64,000 nucleotides of DNA from Camelus dromedarius (lineage: Eukaryota), in NCBI RefSeq assembly GCF_036321535.1, contig NC_087437.1:97900001-97964000 (forward strand), in the 5' to 3' direction. The translations under genes were made by a program, and so were the position numbers. Shown piece after piece: positions 11,027 to 24,479 of the stretch. Below the pieces are notes generated by a model. The model was not told the origin of the DNA, searched no databases, and was given only the letters and a program-made list of their open reading frames with translations. Each line of letters begins with the position of its first letter. Positions within the stretch are counted from its first letter, which is position 1.

Positions 11027-12528
11027 CGGTCTGTCCCTGTTCACCTGAGTGAGAATGAGGACCGTTAGGTTATTGCGTTTTGGGGGTATGTTCCAAACCA
11101 GGCTCAGGTTGCAGCCTTTCTTATTTCGTTCTTCCTACCTTTTGAAGCGTGCTTTTGCCTGGACTCTATAGATTCCAGGTTGGGGTTCCTAAGCCTTCCC
11201 TCTCCCCTGCGCGCCCCTAGCATCCCTAGAAGAGGCCCTGCCGCAGTGCGGGCATAGAAGGAGGCCGGGGCGGGTGTCCCTGGAACTCCGATAAGATCCT
11301 CAGTCCTGTTTTTGTTTTGGGAAAAATGAATTCAAGCAGTCTTCAGTCAATGTGATTTATCCAGAGCAGCAGAGACACATTTTTTTCCAATTGCCAACAT
11401 TGAAGTGGGCCGTTAAAAACAAAAATGAAAACAAAATGCCTTAGCTTTCTCTTGAATTAAGTCGGAGTGGCAGGAATTTTCATGCACAAGCCCCATAACA
11501 TATAGTGGCCATTTAGGACACTTGTGGAGTGTTTTTCTGGTTCTAGGCTATAATAGACCCGGATTTTCCTCACTTTTTGGTCTCTGGTGGTACTTAATGG
11601 TTCTTTCTGAGTGTGTTTTTTCCTTTAGTGCTGTTAAAGTTTGTTAGAACTATGAATCTGGAGAATTGAAATCTGTTTCCTCGTTTTAGATTTAGTAGAA
11701 CAATCCATGTTGACAGCAGGTCAGCCTTCTAGGAAAATAGTCTGCCACTGAATTTCTAGACGATTTAAAAATGTGTATGAAAGTGTTGATGTTTATTGAA
11801 GCTGAATTATGGTTGATGGGGATTCATTATAATGTTCTCGTCACTTTTGTGCAGTTTTAAAATCTTGAATAATGTAAAGAATAAAAAGTCTATGTTTATC
11901 TGTGGTGAGTACAATACACTATAATTTCCTTATAAAGAATGCATAGTTTAAACACTCAATTCATTAATATTATTATGTATAATGATCATATTAACAGCTA
12001 TTGAGCATAGTGTTAGCCACTGGTTAACAACCAGGAGAGACAGAAGGTAAACACGTAAATATAATTTTTTGTGGTATATAACATAATTGCAATACGGACG
12101 TCGGGCAGAAACAGAATTGGGTAAAGACTGTATAATTTTATCTTTTATCTTGAAGGCTTAGTGGAAAAGAATATGTCTAAGCAGTACTTTGAAGAGTAAG
12201 AGGGAGCCAGCGGGTGGGTTAATGCAAAAATGTGAAACAATTGGCTGGAGATATTACAGGAAGAGGGAACTAAATTATCAAGAGCATAGAAGCAGAGGAC
12301 AATTTCACAGATCAGAACTAGAGGATCATAAAGCACGAGGTGGAAGTTTGAGAGATAGGACTAGAGATGCAACCAAATCGCAGGCCCTGGTCATTGCGTT
12401 TCCCTGCCACCTACCCCTTCCTCCTTGCCAACAGGATCCTGTTTGTTCAAGAAGTAGGTAGAAATTACATGACCTCAGAATGGAAGGCCCTTAATCTAGG
12501 AGTGGAATTCAAATGAAACTAAACAGGT

Positions 12529-13150
12529 TGTTTTTCGTTTTCTATTGCCGCCTTAACAAATTATTACAAATTTAGTATCTTATGCCAACACAAGTTTATT
12601 ATTTTACAGTTCCATCAATCAGAAATTGGGTATGGATCTCAAAGGACTAAATAAAGTCAGCAAGGCTGATTTCCTTTCTGGAGGTCCTCATTTTCTTACG
12701 ATCTGGGTACTGAGGGCCATTTTCAGCTTCCGGAGGCAACCCACATTCCTTAGCTCGGTGATTCTCTTTTTCTGTCTTCAAAGCAAGCAATAGTGGATCA
12801 ATTCCTTCTTAGAGGACATCGTGTAATTAAATGGATCCACCTGGACAATCCAAGATAGTCTCCCCATCTCCAGCTCTGTAAATTTAAAAATATCTGTGAA
12901 AAACATTTTGTCATATAAATTAACATGTTCACAGGTTCCAGGAATTAGAGTGTGAACTTTCTTTGGGAAGGTGTTATTCGACCTACCACAATTCAGTTTC
13001 TGGCCACCAAAGATTTAGATCCATTCACATGCAAAATACATCCCCCAAAGTCTTGTCCAATTACACCATCAACGCAAAGTCCATCTAAACCTAATGAGGT
13101 CAGAAATCCTAAATATCATTATGTAAATCATCTAAATTGGGTAGTAGCTG
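12529..13150 (-). mobile_element. MaLR LTR (MLT1D-like, 12529-12990) plus adjoining internal-sequence fragment
   Basis: AACAAATTATTACAAATTTAG, CCACATTCCTTAGCTC, TTCACAGGTTCCAGGAATTAG, terminus CCTACCACA at 12990; followed by CACATGCAAAATACATC typical of MLT1-int. Confidence 0.8.
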
Positions 13151-15584
13151 TTGTCACTCTTCATTTTTCTTAGCAGGGAGTTAATAGGTATTATTTGGAA
13201 TGGGGAATTTAAGAAATAGAAGCATAAATAGATCATTTAAGATTATGAAGGCAACTTCTTGAAAAATGATAACACTTATAGAAAAAGGAATAGGTTATTA
13301 AGAATAAGTGGGACAAAATAAAAATGTACATTTGTTTTCAGTTTTCCAGAGAGGAGTGACAATATATATCATTTAAAGTTAAACTTTTAAAATCGGTATA
13401 GCAAACTATATCAACAAGGAAGCATTAGAATAAAAAATTTATCAGATAACAGGTTTAGCATCAATTTTTATTATATTCATAAATATAAATGGGATAGACT
13501 AAAAACTGCCAGACTGTTGAATTGTCTTTTTTTTTTTTTAAGCAGATGTAACTGTTAGAGACTTTTAAGTGGATAACTAAATGAAGTTCATAGCTTGAAA
13601 TTATCTTAGAGGGCAAGCTGGACCTACCCCCTCATTTACAGAGAGAAAAAGAAGCAGCCAAGAGAAGTCAAAAAAGTTTTGATCTCAGTGTTCATTTTCT
13701 TAAATTAAACCTTACCTTCAATTTAGTGATTAGAGATAGTTTTTGAAAATAGTGAGTAGAGTGAAAAATTGTCTAATTACGTACCTCAATAATTCACATT
13801 ATTATTTCAGAAATGTGCTCCACTGGAAAAATCATTGGCAAATAATAAGAATCTTACAACAATATCAATGTAATTCAGGGGACAAATTGCCCTTGTTGTT
13901 TAATCCATACTTATTTCTCTTCCCTCATCTATATAAGAAAAATTCATTGAATGGAAAATTGATCCAATTCTCTGCACATTCATTAAAAGAATAAGTGTAT
14001 TGAAATTATGACTTAGTGTGGATTACATTGTTAGATTCTATGAAACACTATACTATTTAAACATAAATGGTGACTCCTATGTTAAGATTATGCCATAACA
14101 GGGCAAATCTCATTTAATGAACCAGAGTGTTTATACATTTTTTTTCCTTGGGCTAGACTGTTATAGTTCCATATATTTGTCTTCTGTGGGTTGAAAATTT
14201 ATTATGTGAAGATTTTTCGTGTAAAGGTATCGGTAGGGAATAAATTTGATTTGTAACTAAAAAGCTGGTGCCAATGTTGTTTTTTTTAAAGAGTCTTATT
14301 ATTGTACTCAGAACCTTTGAAGGATGAATGTATTTGCTGTCCTGTATTATTTTTGCCCTGTAGTCTAATATGCAGTTCTGCTTTTCTCAAATTTTTTTCT
14401 GTGTACTTCAGTTTAAATATTTTTCTACTTTTATACTCATTAATAGTGTTTTTACTGTGTCCAGCCTGCTATTAAACACACTCCATCAGCTCTTGAATTC
14501 ATATTATGTATGTATTTGCAGTTTTAGAATGTCCCACATGATTTTTATATTGATTCTAATTGTATGTTGAAAATCTCATTTTTTCCATTATTTAAAATTA
14601 TTCATGTTATTTATTTTAAAGTTCTTATATGCTTATTCCAGTAACATGACAAGGGTGGGGGGAATCTCCTTGTAGCATGTGATTTTTATCTTTTGACTGT
14701 AAGTTACATTTTCCTGCTTCTTCTGATGTCTCATATTTATTTCTGCCAGAAACCGTAGAGACATTCATGTCATTTTCCCTCAGTCACTGTGTGCTCTTCT
14801 CTGTTACACATATAGACTGAGGGCAAATTACCTCAGTTCAATTGGAAATTTAGTTTGATGGGTGCTGAACTGTAACTTAAGATAAATTTAGTACTTCTTG
14901 GGTCTCATGTATTTCAAGTAGAGACATGTCTTGTGTTTTTGCAGACCCCTCCCTCTAGTAGGGTTTGTCTCCTAGGCATTTGCACCACCCCAGCACTCAT
15001 ATTCTATTTCCAGTGACTACTCAAAGCTCTTGCTAGTTTGTCTTTCTCCTAGTAGAGTTCCTTTGCTTAAGTCTAACTGGATCTTCAGATCACAGATCTG
15101 GCAGATGCTTCCAATGAAGATAACCTCTGCTGGTCTCATCTTGCCTAGGAAGAGACAGTCCAGCTCTGGAAACACTTTATCCATTCCTCTCTGCTTCCTC
15201 ACTGCTCTGATGTCCTTACAAATTTTACTTTTGGATGTATACATTTTTTCCTGTTTATTGAAGGTGGGGGTTATAGCTTGTACCTACTTTATGCTTTCTA
15301 CTCAGAGGTTTAAGTGGATATTTTAGTTTGTTTGTTAACTCTAATTGATTAATCATGGCTGTTATGAATACTGTGATGAAAGGATTTTGACATCACATTC
15401 AGACTCTTGGGGAATGAGAGCCATAATTAATAATTTCTACCATGGGTTTGGATATGGGAGTATGGCACACATGTTAGTCCTGTGTCTAATTGCACTATTC
15501 ATTACTGTGTGCCACAAACTTCAGTAGGTGGTGGATGTGCCCAAGACAAAAGAAGATAAAGATGGAAACGGGCACGTACAGTAC

Positions 15585-15720
15585 GGACTATGAATGGAGC
15601 CTCCATGAGAGAAAAGGCTTTGTTGTCTTGTTCTCCATTGTATCCCCAGTTTCTAAAAAGGTGAATGCTAAATATATTGTGGCTGCTTAAAATACATTAA
15701 CTGAATGAACAAATAAAAGA
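15585..15720 (+). mobile_element. L2 3' end
   Basis: GAGCCTCCATGAGAGAAAAGGCTTTGTTGTCTTGTTCTCCATTGTATCCCCAG...CTGAATGAAC. Confidence 0.6.
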
Positions 15721-16547
15721 AGTAAATATGGAGTGGTTATGATAGGATGTAGGAGAGACCCTTCACTAAATTTTGGGCATCTAGCTGCTTACAGACTACC
15801 GTCATATCTGGCTCATATTAATTTTTCACAGCATACCATGTATGGTGACTAGATGCTTTTGAATGAGTGATTGAATGAATGTGTATTAGAGCATGTCATC
15901 ATATATATTTCTGGTGTTACTAAAATAATTAGATTTATCCATTCATTCCATGAACTGATTGCCTGTCTGTTGTCAAATAGTGTGTATACTAAGGGCAATT
16001 TTTACTTATTAGACTAATACTAATATGTTCAATTATACAAACAATAAGATAATATTTTTAAAATATTTTCACCAAATGCTACATAAACAGTGTGTTCAAC
16101 AACTTGATAAAATAATTTCATAGTCTTTTACCTTGTTTAATGAGCATTAGTGTCTTCTGCCATGAAGCTAGTTATTCAAAGATTATACTACCTTGAACTT
16201 GAAGATCAAAACAAATGACTAGACTCAAGAGACAAATCACTTCTTTCTGAAAAGCCATTTATTAATGATGAATTTGTATATAAATATGTAGTGTATAAGT
16301 TCTGTTTACGTTATAACACTCTATGATTTGCTAAACAGTTTATTTAAATAATTAATAAATGATAAAATATTTTTATTTAGTTAGTTCTGTAATAACCCCT
16401 TTATATGTATTATAAGCTATATTACTAAAAATGGACTTTAGGATAGGTTAAAAACTTTTTACAGACAGGAAACTAAGATTTAGAGAGTTAGCTAAGGCAA
16501 AATATGAAACTAGATCTTTCTTATTGAAAGCAAGCAATCTATTTTCT

Positions 16548-16909
16548 TGTCTTAGCTTGGGCTGCTATAACAAAATACTGTAGACTGGGTGGCTTAAACA
16601 ATAGACATTTATTTTCTTATAGTTGTTTCAGAGGCTGCAAAGTCTAAGATCAAGGTACCAGCCAATTAAGTTTCTGGCTTTCTCACTGTATCTTCACATG
16701 GCTGAGAGAGAGAGAGATCTCTTTCTCTGTCTCTCTGTCTCTCTCTCTTTTTTTTTTTTAAGACCACAATCCTTTTAGATTAGGGCCCCACCCTTATAAT
16801 CTCATTTAATGTTAATTTTCTCCTAAAGACCCAATCTCTAGATATAGTCACATTGGGAATTAGGATTTCAACATGTGAGTTTTAGTGGAATACAGTTCAA
16901 TCCATAGCA
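16548..16909 (-). mobile_element. Solo MaLR LTR (MLT1A0-like)
   Basis: TGTCTTAGCTTGGGCTGCTATAACAAAATAC...GGCTTAAACAATAGACATTT...GATTTCAACATGTGAG...TCCATAGCA; TG..CA ends, ~360 bp. Confidence 0.85.
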
Positions 16910-18071
16910 GATCCTAAACACTATAATATGCAATTTTGCAATTGGTGCTATTGTCATTTTTAAATAGTAGTAAAATGATTTAATATCTTGAGGGGTTTTT
17001 TCAGTTTTTTTTTTTTTTTTGTCTTCTGGGTGTGATTTACTTTGTGACCTACAATTAATAACTCCATAAGTAACCCTCTGGCATGTCGTAATATTTGTTG
17101 AATTAATTAGTGACTCCCATCTCCTAAGAACAAGTTCGTGGTCACACAAATTTTTTTTGTTATACGAGTTTCAATCTTTGTCTCCAAAGTATGAATAAGT
17201 TATATGTTATTTTTAATGTGAACAACATTCTTTAATTGTTCTTTTTAGGAGCTCTAGAATTCAGAGAATAGTTATAAACCTAAACCAGCTTTGGTTTCCT
17301 AAATTTAATTATGCCTTATGATGTGGCACTTTAATAGTCTAATCCTCTTTGCCACCTTCATTGTTCCTCAACCTATCAAAAGAGTATGCAGTCACAATAA
17401 GATCATTAGATTTTAGATATGGCTTTGGAGCACATGAATAAAACTGTCCCAATGGTTAAAAATTGTTTTACATAGCTGAACAGTCAGTAGGGAGTTAATA
17501 TGAATTCTTGAACATGGCATCCATTATCAGGTGGTTTTCTCTTTTCAACAAAGAAAGTGTTAAGAAACATGGTCTTTTCAAAGTATTTACTTAGTTTTCC
17601 ATAACTCAAAGTTTTGGCCTTAAATTTTTACCTGACATACAAAAGAAATTCAAGAGAGGTGCAAAATAAAGTAGCCTTCTAGCTTTCACTACATATAAGC
17701 TGAATATAAAGGAGAGAAGGGAAGGGATGTAAAATGTTTAGAATCTCTTGGTCGTATTCATATGGTCTGCCTCAAATATTTTAACAACAACCTATCTGAG
17801 ATTTTAGTAATAATTGTTGAAAGGTTTGGCTAATTTTTTTTTTTTTTACCAAATTTGTGTACTAAATGCATCAAGATACTATTTTGTTTCAGATTGGGAT
17901 AAAATCCACTAACTTGAAACAGAATAGCATCTGTGGCCTGGTAGAGCAGAAAGAATTCTGGTCTAGCTATTAGAAGAGAGTTCCAGGAACAGCTCTGTGG
18001 CATTGATTGTATCTCTTCAACAGAGATGGTGTTGGAGATTCCTTTTTCTTCTAAAATGTTGTGATTGACTT

Positions 18072-18310
18072 CTTCCTTCTCTCCTACCTCCTTCCCTTCC
18101 ATTTCCTTTCTTCCTTCCTTCCTCCCTCCCTTCCTTCCACAAATATTTATTTTGCACCTACCATTTCCTAGGCACTGTGCATATAGTAAGAAATCAGAAT
18201 GAAAGAATTCCTGAGCTCAGGGAGCTTGTAGCTCAGTTGGAGGAGCCCAGATGTTTAACAACTAGTTACTGAAATAATCATATACTTTTAAGTGTGATAA
18301 CTGCTTCAGA
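18072..18310 (-). mobile_element. (CCTT)n-like simple repeat followed by L2 3' fragment
   Basis: Pyrimidine run TTCCTTCC... then ACAAATATTTATT...CCTAGGCACTGTGC. Confidence 0.6.
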
Positions 18311-18849
18311 GAAGGATTTACCTTGGTAGACAGAGGACTTTTTGGATAATATTTTATGTTTTTATTTCTATAAACTTACCTCCATGTATTAAAGGGGATT
18401 TTCAGTCTTTTTTTTTTTTTTTTACTGTTATGAAAGAGAGAGATTTAATTACTAATGGGCCAAAATTTCTATAAAGAAAATAATCCTTGTAATGCAGTCT
18501 TCTTAGGACTCTTTTAGACTAACTTTAGAACTCTTTTAAATATATTTTTAACAAAATTAGCTATGCATTTCCTAAAATTTTTCTTTTGCACTATTCTAGG
18601 AGATAGGCTTATACTTGTTTCGGTGCCATACACTTTCAGAATTTCAAATATGGGCAAAGAGTTGTTTTATTCATGAAGATGATGAGCTCAGAGGACTAGG
18701 TGAAGTATACTGTTGCCCTAGACTTCTTTTTGATGTGGATTTGTTTTTCTGTAAATTTTAGGCCAACCGAAAACATTTTCTTTATATAGCTTATTGTAAA
18801 AAAATTAAATAATGTGGTAGTATGTAAAATTAGAAAACTTTTCCCCTTC

Positions 18850-21800
18850 AAACAGTACAACTTCTCCATATGGTGTGTTTTCTTAAATTTTTTTTCTTCA
18901 TAGTTATACATAATATAACTAAATTTTTATTAACAGAAATGTGCTCATATGATATATTGCTCTGTAATTTTGCATATTTCATATTTTACATATTAAATAT
19001 TTGTATATTTAATAATATATGGTAAATATCCTTCCACGTTATACAAAATTCAGTTCCAATCTAATAGTGATGTAATTTTCTACCACACTAGGGTACTATA
19101 ACTTATTTAAACATTCAGATGTTTGGGTAGTGTTGGATACTTGTGTTATATCTAGCTTTTTGCTATTATAATTCTGCGCTGAAATCTTTCTGTATCTGTC
19201 TTTCCTTTTTGTACAATGATTTCTGCATATCACTTATTAGAAGTTCAAGTAAAGCCTATACACACAGAATTTTGATAGACATTGCTAGTTTGTCCTTCAA
19301 ATATGTGTACCAAGTTATACTCCTGAATATAAATTTGTATGTGTCCCTGTCCCTCCCTGCCTTCTCGCCAGTTTTGCATAGTCTCAATATTTGCCAATCA
19401 CATAGGAGATGATTAATTACAATTGCTTTATTTTTGCATTTATATGTTCATTAGTGATATTAAAAATTTTTGTTCATTTAAACTTATTTTATGTCCTTCA
19501 TTCGTTAGTCATTTTATTATTTGTAGATTCTTCTTATTAATATTCATATCAAAATTCTCAACTATATACTGTAGTAGTTTTTTCCAGTATGTCAGTTGTT
19601 TTTTATTCTGTTTATGCCACATTTTATCATGCTGAAGTTTATATAGTCCAGTGTTTTCTTTTATGGCTTCTAAGGTTGGTGTCATGCATTGAAAGAACTT
19701 CCCAAATTAAGATTTAAATAATGTTCCCACATTTTATTCTTATATACTTTTGGTTTCTTTATATTCAAACCTGAAAGTTAATAGAACTTTATTATAATGT
19801 ATGTTGTGAGACTGATTTCCAATTCTATTCTTAAATGTACAGGCAGTTAAAATAATAGTTAGCAAGTAAGCTGTTTTTTCCCACTGGTTTGAAATGATTC
19901 GTTTACTATGTACAAAACTTCTATATGCACATGGGTCTTTGCTTGACTCTTGTGTTTCATTAATCTGATTGTCAAGGTCAGTAACACTGTTTTAATCACT
20001 GAAGCTTTATCATAAAAGTTTATATCTGGTCGGACAAATGTATATTTATTCATTTTGACAATTTCTTTTCCTTTTCATTGACTTACTTTTTTCCACATGG
20101 ATTTGAGAATCGACTTAGTTCCCTTTCCTCTAAAAAATTCTATTAGGATTTTGATTAAAACTTTAATTTTATGTGTTGGTTTGAGGAGAATTGATCTTTC
20201 CAGCAATGAGATTTCCTATCTAGGAACAAGATATGTTTCTGCATATAATGAGAATGTCTATGTCCAGTGGTACAGTTTTAATTTCCTAAAATAGGTTTTA
20301 CACATTCCCTGTTAAGTTTATTCCAAGGTAATCTGTAGCCTTTGTTGATATTATTATACAGTCTTTGTTAGAGTTACATTGTCAATTAAAAACTCTTAGA
20401 CTACTGATTTCTGATACATTTAATCACTTTAATTGATTCTCATTTGATTTATTTCTGATTTTCTAAGTAGCTATCATCTTTAAATAATGATAATTCATTT
20501 CTGTTGTGGAGTAAGAAAATAGTGAAGGCGTTCCTTGCAAATGAGTGGATGCATTTTTCTTTTCATTTATGCTGTATGGATATGTGGGGATACTCCCCCA
20601 TTTCTTCTTCACCTGTGAGAACCAAGTTAGGAATCTGCTGAAACTTTGTCTAAAACGGAGTCCTCACTGGTTGCGCCTTAGTTCTTTAGACAGACAAGCT
20701 ATTCTGCTGTACGCCCAGGCCTGCTCATGTTTCTAACCCCTGCTGTCTCTGAGGATGGGTTTTTTCTAGGGCTGCTTCAGAAAATCAGTGCACCTTCTGC
20801 TCTGGATACTACATTCTTTTCCTGTTGAATTTTTTATTTCTTCTCTTTTTTTTATTGCCCTTCTTACCTCAGTGCTTTAATTTTTATTATTCTTATATAA
20901 TACTTGATAAACAAAATTATGTATATAATCTATGGGTAAATTGTGAAGCAAAATAATAAAATGGACACTGGTGAATCCCCCCTCCTATCTTAAGAACTTT
21001 ACCCACACCATTCCAGATACCACTGAATCTACCAGTATGTTTATTTCCTATTCCTGCCTTCCTCTTAGAAGTAAATTTTGTGTTGGCCACTCCCTTTCTT
21101 TAATTAAAAAATCAATACAATGCATACAAAAACAATACATTATTTAGATGTCAGCCAGGCCTGGTCTGTAAGTGAAGGTAGACGTGAAGTGGGAGAGACC
21201 AAGGACAAAATGGAAACATGTTTGTCTCCCATGGCCTCCAGTCTAGGTGAGGCAGACGACCTGAAGGATAAGACAACTCTCTTGACAGCAGAACTGAACC
21301 ACAGCCAGAATCAGAGAAGCTGAACAAGACTGGAGGGGTTTGGGGGAACCACAGGCCTGACTGCTATTCTTTGTCAAGTTCAGTGACAACGTGTTTGAGC
21401 TACAACTGCTCATGAATGATACTGACCTTCTGGGAGTTAAAAATTTCACCTTCCAAATTTCAGGTAAATTTACCTTGTAGCAACCTTATCTAAAAAGCAC
21501 AGAGAGAAGGGAACTCTGGGACACACAGTTTCAAAGTAGTTAAATTGACATAATGAAAAATTATCCACTCTTTATAGATTTCTGTGACTTTTTTCTCTCA
21601 ATATTAACTTACTAAGCTGTTTTTCTTGTAGCTATATATCCTTAATTTTCATTGATATATAGTAGTTCACTATGGGAAAAACTCACAATTTATCTGTTCT
21701 CCTGTTTTATGGACATTACATTTGTTTCCAGTTATAATTGTCATGAAGAATGCTGCTGTAGACATTCTCCTGATGTAATTATAAAGTGTTTCTCAGTAGT

Positions 21801-22080
21801 TTAGAAAAAGAAGAATGTAGACTACATGAATGTAAAATACATGCTTTATAATGTAAATCCAAATGTAGAGTGGTTTTGCCAAATTTATACTCCTATCCTT
21901 GCCATAGAATTTGAACTGAGCTAAATGCTTCCCAACACTTGGCTTTATCAAACTGGTTAATATTTTCTAATTTGATAAAAGTAGAATGACATCTCCTTGT
22001 GATATTTATTTGCATTTTTGTGATTGTTAATGAGATTGAATTCTTTACATATTTTGAATACTAATATTTTTAAGGTCATG
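18850..22080 (-). mobile_element. Degraded L1ME-type fragments (antisense), interrupted by other elements
   Basis: T-rich strand bias; TTTTGCTATTATAA, TTATTTTTGCATTT, CTATTAGGATTTTGATT, TTAAGTTTATTCC and similar L1M antisense remnants. Confidence 0.6.
21150..21550 (-). mobile_element. ERVL LTR fragment (MLT2-like)
   Basis: GC-richer island within L1 debris ending AAGGGAACTCTGGGACACACAGTTTC...TAAATTGACA, resembling MLT2E/F termini. Confidence 0.45.
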
Positions 22081-22084
22081 TGTG

Positions 22085-22710
22085 TGTGAAAAACTTGAAA
22101 ACAACCAAGATGTCTTTAGGTAGGTGAATGGATAAATAAACAGTGACATAGCCAGACAATGGAATACTATTTAGTGCTAAAAAACAAAGGAGCTATCAAA
22201 CCATGAAAGACATGGAGGAAAGTTTAAGTGCATATTACTAAGTGAAAGCAATCTGAAAAGGCTACATACTGTATGATTCCAACTATATGACATTCTGAAA
22301 AAGACAAAACTGTGAGGATATTTAGTCAAAAGATCAGTGGTTTCCAGGGGCTAGAGTAGAGGCAAGGGGTGAAAAGGCAAAGAACACAGAATGTTTAGGG
22401 CAGTGGAAATATTCTGTATGATAATATAATGATATATATATATATCATTATTTATTTATCCAAACCTATTGAATATATAAAATAAAAAAAGTGAACCCTA
22501 AGGTAACCTGTGGACTTTGGGTGATTATAATGTGTTAATGTAGGTTCCTTTGTTGCAACATATGTACCATTCTGGTGGGAGATGTTGATAATGAAGGAGG
22601 CTATACCTGTGTAGGGCAGAAGGTATATGGGAAATCTCTGTACCTCCCCCCTGCCCAATTTTGCTATGAGCCTAAAACTGCTTTAAGAAAATAAAGTCTT
22701 TATTAAAAAT
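22085..22710 (+). mobile_element. L1MC1-like 3' end
   Basis: AACAACCAAGATGTC, CAATCTGAAAAGGCTACATACTGTATGATTCCAACTATATGACATTCTG, GGACTTTGGGTGAT, ends CTAAAACTGCTTTAAGAAAATAAAGTC. Confidence 0.85.
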
Positions 22711-23804
22711 AGCATATGATCCACTTTGATCAGAACAGTGGATCTGGGACCATTTTAGTCCTGTCCAAGGCCCTTAGCTAAATCCATGAGTCTCAAATTC
22801 ATCTTCTCTGTCTTGCTACTAGCCCAGGATTTGGAGTGATGATCTTGGCATTTACACTTAGGGCATTTCTGCCTCCTGAGGATTCTTTTTCTCTTTTCCA
22901 TTTGAATTTCAGCAAACTTTTTTTTTTTAATTTTAGTCACTCAAATTTTCAGGGATATGTGATAAAAACAATGTTTTATGAAAGGTCTTTTTTCCCCCTA
23001 ATGAGAGGACTCTTTAATGTAGTCAATATATAATTCTTCCAGAAGTGTAAGTTCTCCAGGTTTCTTATGTTGCAATCTTAAAACTCTGAGCTAAAAATGC
23101 CATAATTTGAATTGACTGATGACCTCTGAAATGGCAATTTTTACTTGTGAGTTAGGGTCAGTGAAAGTGACCAGGCACCTTAGTTTCCGCCATTAAAATC
23201 AATTGACCTAGACCCATACCCTCTTTCTTTATTGCACATTATTACTGAAGTTGGAATGGACTGTGTACCTAGATAGCTGACAACTCTTAACCTTCTTTCT
23301 CTTATTTAAAAGCTATAAACCAGAGATTATTTGCTCTTCAAATGAGGACATATAAATCAATAATAGTGAAAAGCCATGCCAAAATGAGAGGGCAGTCAAA
23401 ATCTCAATGTCAATAATTTAAGAACTTTAAAAAACAGGCCAGAATGTAGATGTGCCTGAATGGAATCTCCAAAACTAAGAAGTGTCAGAAACAAAGAAAC
23501 AAAACTAGAAGATTGTTATGTTAACTTATTATTCAATGTCAGGCTTCTTTGTGACTCTAAGATACTTTGAATTAATTTTAGAATTATGAATTGGAAGTCT
23601 GCCACTTGAGTTCTTAGCCAGACCTTGCTATCAATACTCCTGCTTTCCATGATCACTGCAGCAGCAGTTCACTAACTTTTTGGCGTGCCGTAATTTGGAT
23701 GTAGTTTGAAGTGGCGTTTAACTTTGATATTTAGCTTTATGAGGATCAAGCAGGAAAGGAATGATTCCAATGTTGCAAGAAGTGTCCTCACCAGAAACTG
23801 GGTA

Positions 23805-24070
23805 GAATCATGCTGAGTGCACAGGCTTTGAAGCCAGACACACCTGACTTTATATCCCAAAACACAATCTGAGGGAAGACTTTATATCCCAAAACACAAT
23901 CTGAGGGAAGACTTTATATCCCAAAACACAATCTGAGGGAAGTTCTTCTAGATCCTGTGAGCCTTAGACAACCCAGCTGCAAAAATGGAGATCACAGTTT
24001 CTTCTTTGCAGGAATGTGGCAAAAATGAAATGAAATAAGATCTATTTTATACTTGACAAGTAATAGGCAT
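23805..24070 (+). mobile_element. MIR SINE containing a tandem triplication
   Basis: CAGGCTTTGAAGCCAGACACACCTG...GAGCCTTAG...CTGCAAAAATGGAGAT...AATGAAATGAAATAA. Confidence 0.65.
23846..23942. repeat. Perfect tandem repeat, 3 x 32 bp (GACTTTATATCCCAAAACACAATCTGAGGGAA)
   Basis: Identical units at 23846-23877, 23878-23909 and 23910-23941, no spacers. Confidence 0.97.
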
Positions 24071-24479
24071 TCATTTATAATAGCATATATTCCCTATTAT
24101 GATTATTAGTACTACATACAGTCTTGTATAATCTTGTATAACTAAGGACAAATCTACTTTTTCCTAAAGAGGATTAGATAATAAAAGGGGAGTGATAACT
24201 ATTCGTTCCTCTTAAGCAATACGTATTCTTTAATCAGGGAGTGGAGCAAAGGAGGTAGAAGAGGGTGGGCATGCGGTCTCATTTACAAGGTTGGTCATCA
24301 ATATGAATTAAATTTTTTGCTTAACTTTCTTCCTCATTTATTATTGGCATAGACATCAAGTAAATAATTTAATCGTCATATAGAATGTATGAAGTTATAT
24401 ACATATGAACTCTTCCTCTGTAGCTGAAGTTTGAATCCAAATATTATTAGCAAAGTAACTCAAGTGGAGCAATCTATTT

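Larger units (their letters stand above)
10370..11060. promoter_or_regulatory. CpG island / TATA-less promoter of HSPA13
   Basis: Only CpG-dense GC-rich block in the window; spans exon 1; GC boxes (CCGCCCC ~10703 and ~10991), CCAAT ~10893, CCGGAA ETS-like cores ~10769 and ~10790. Confidence 0.9.

Noticed and set aside
16703..16748. GA/TC hairpin-forming palindrome
   Set aside because: Simple-repeat expansion inside an MLT1A LTR; no evidence of a structured RNA
23846..23942. 32-bp direct repeats of CRISPR-like length
   Set aside because: Units are head-to-tail with no spacers, lie in a mammalian MIR, and there are no cas genes
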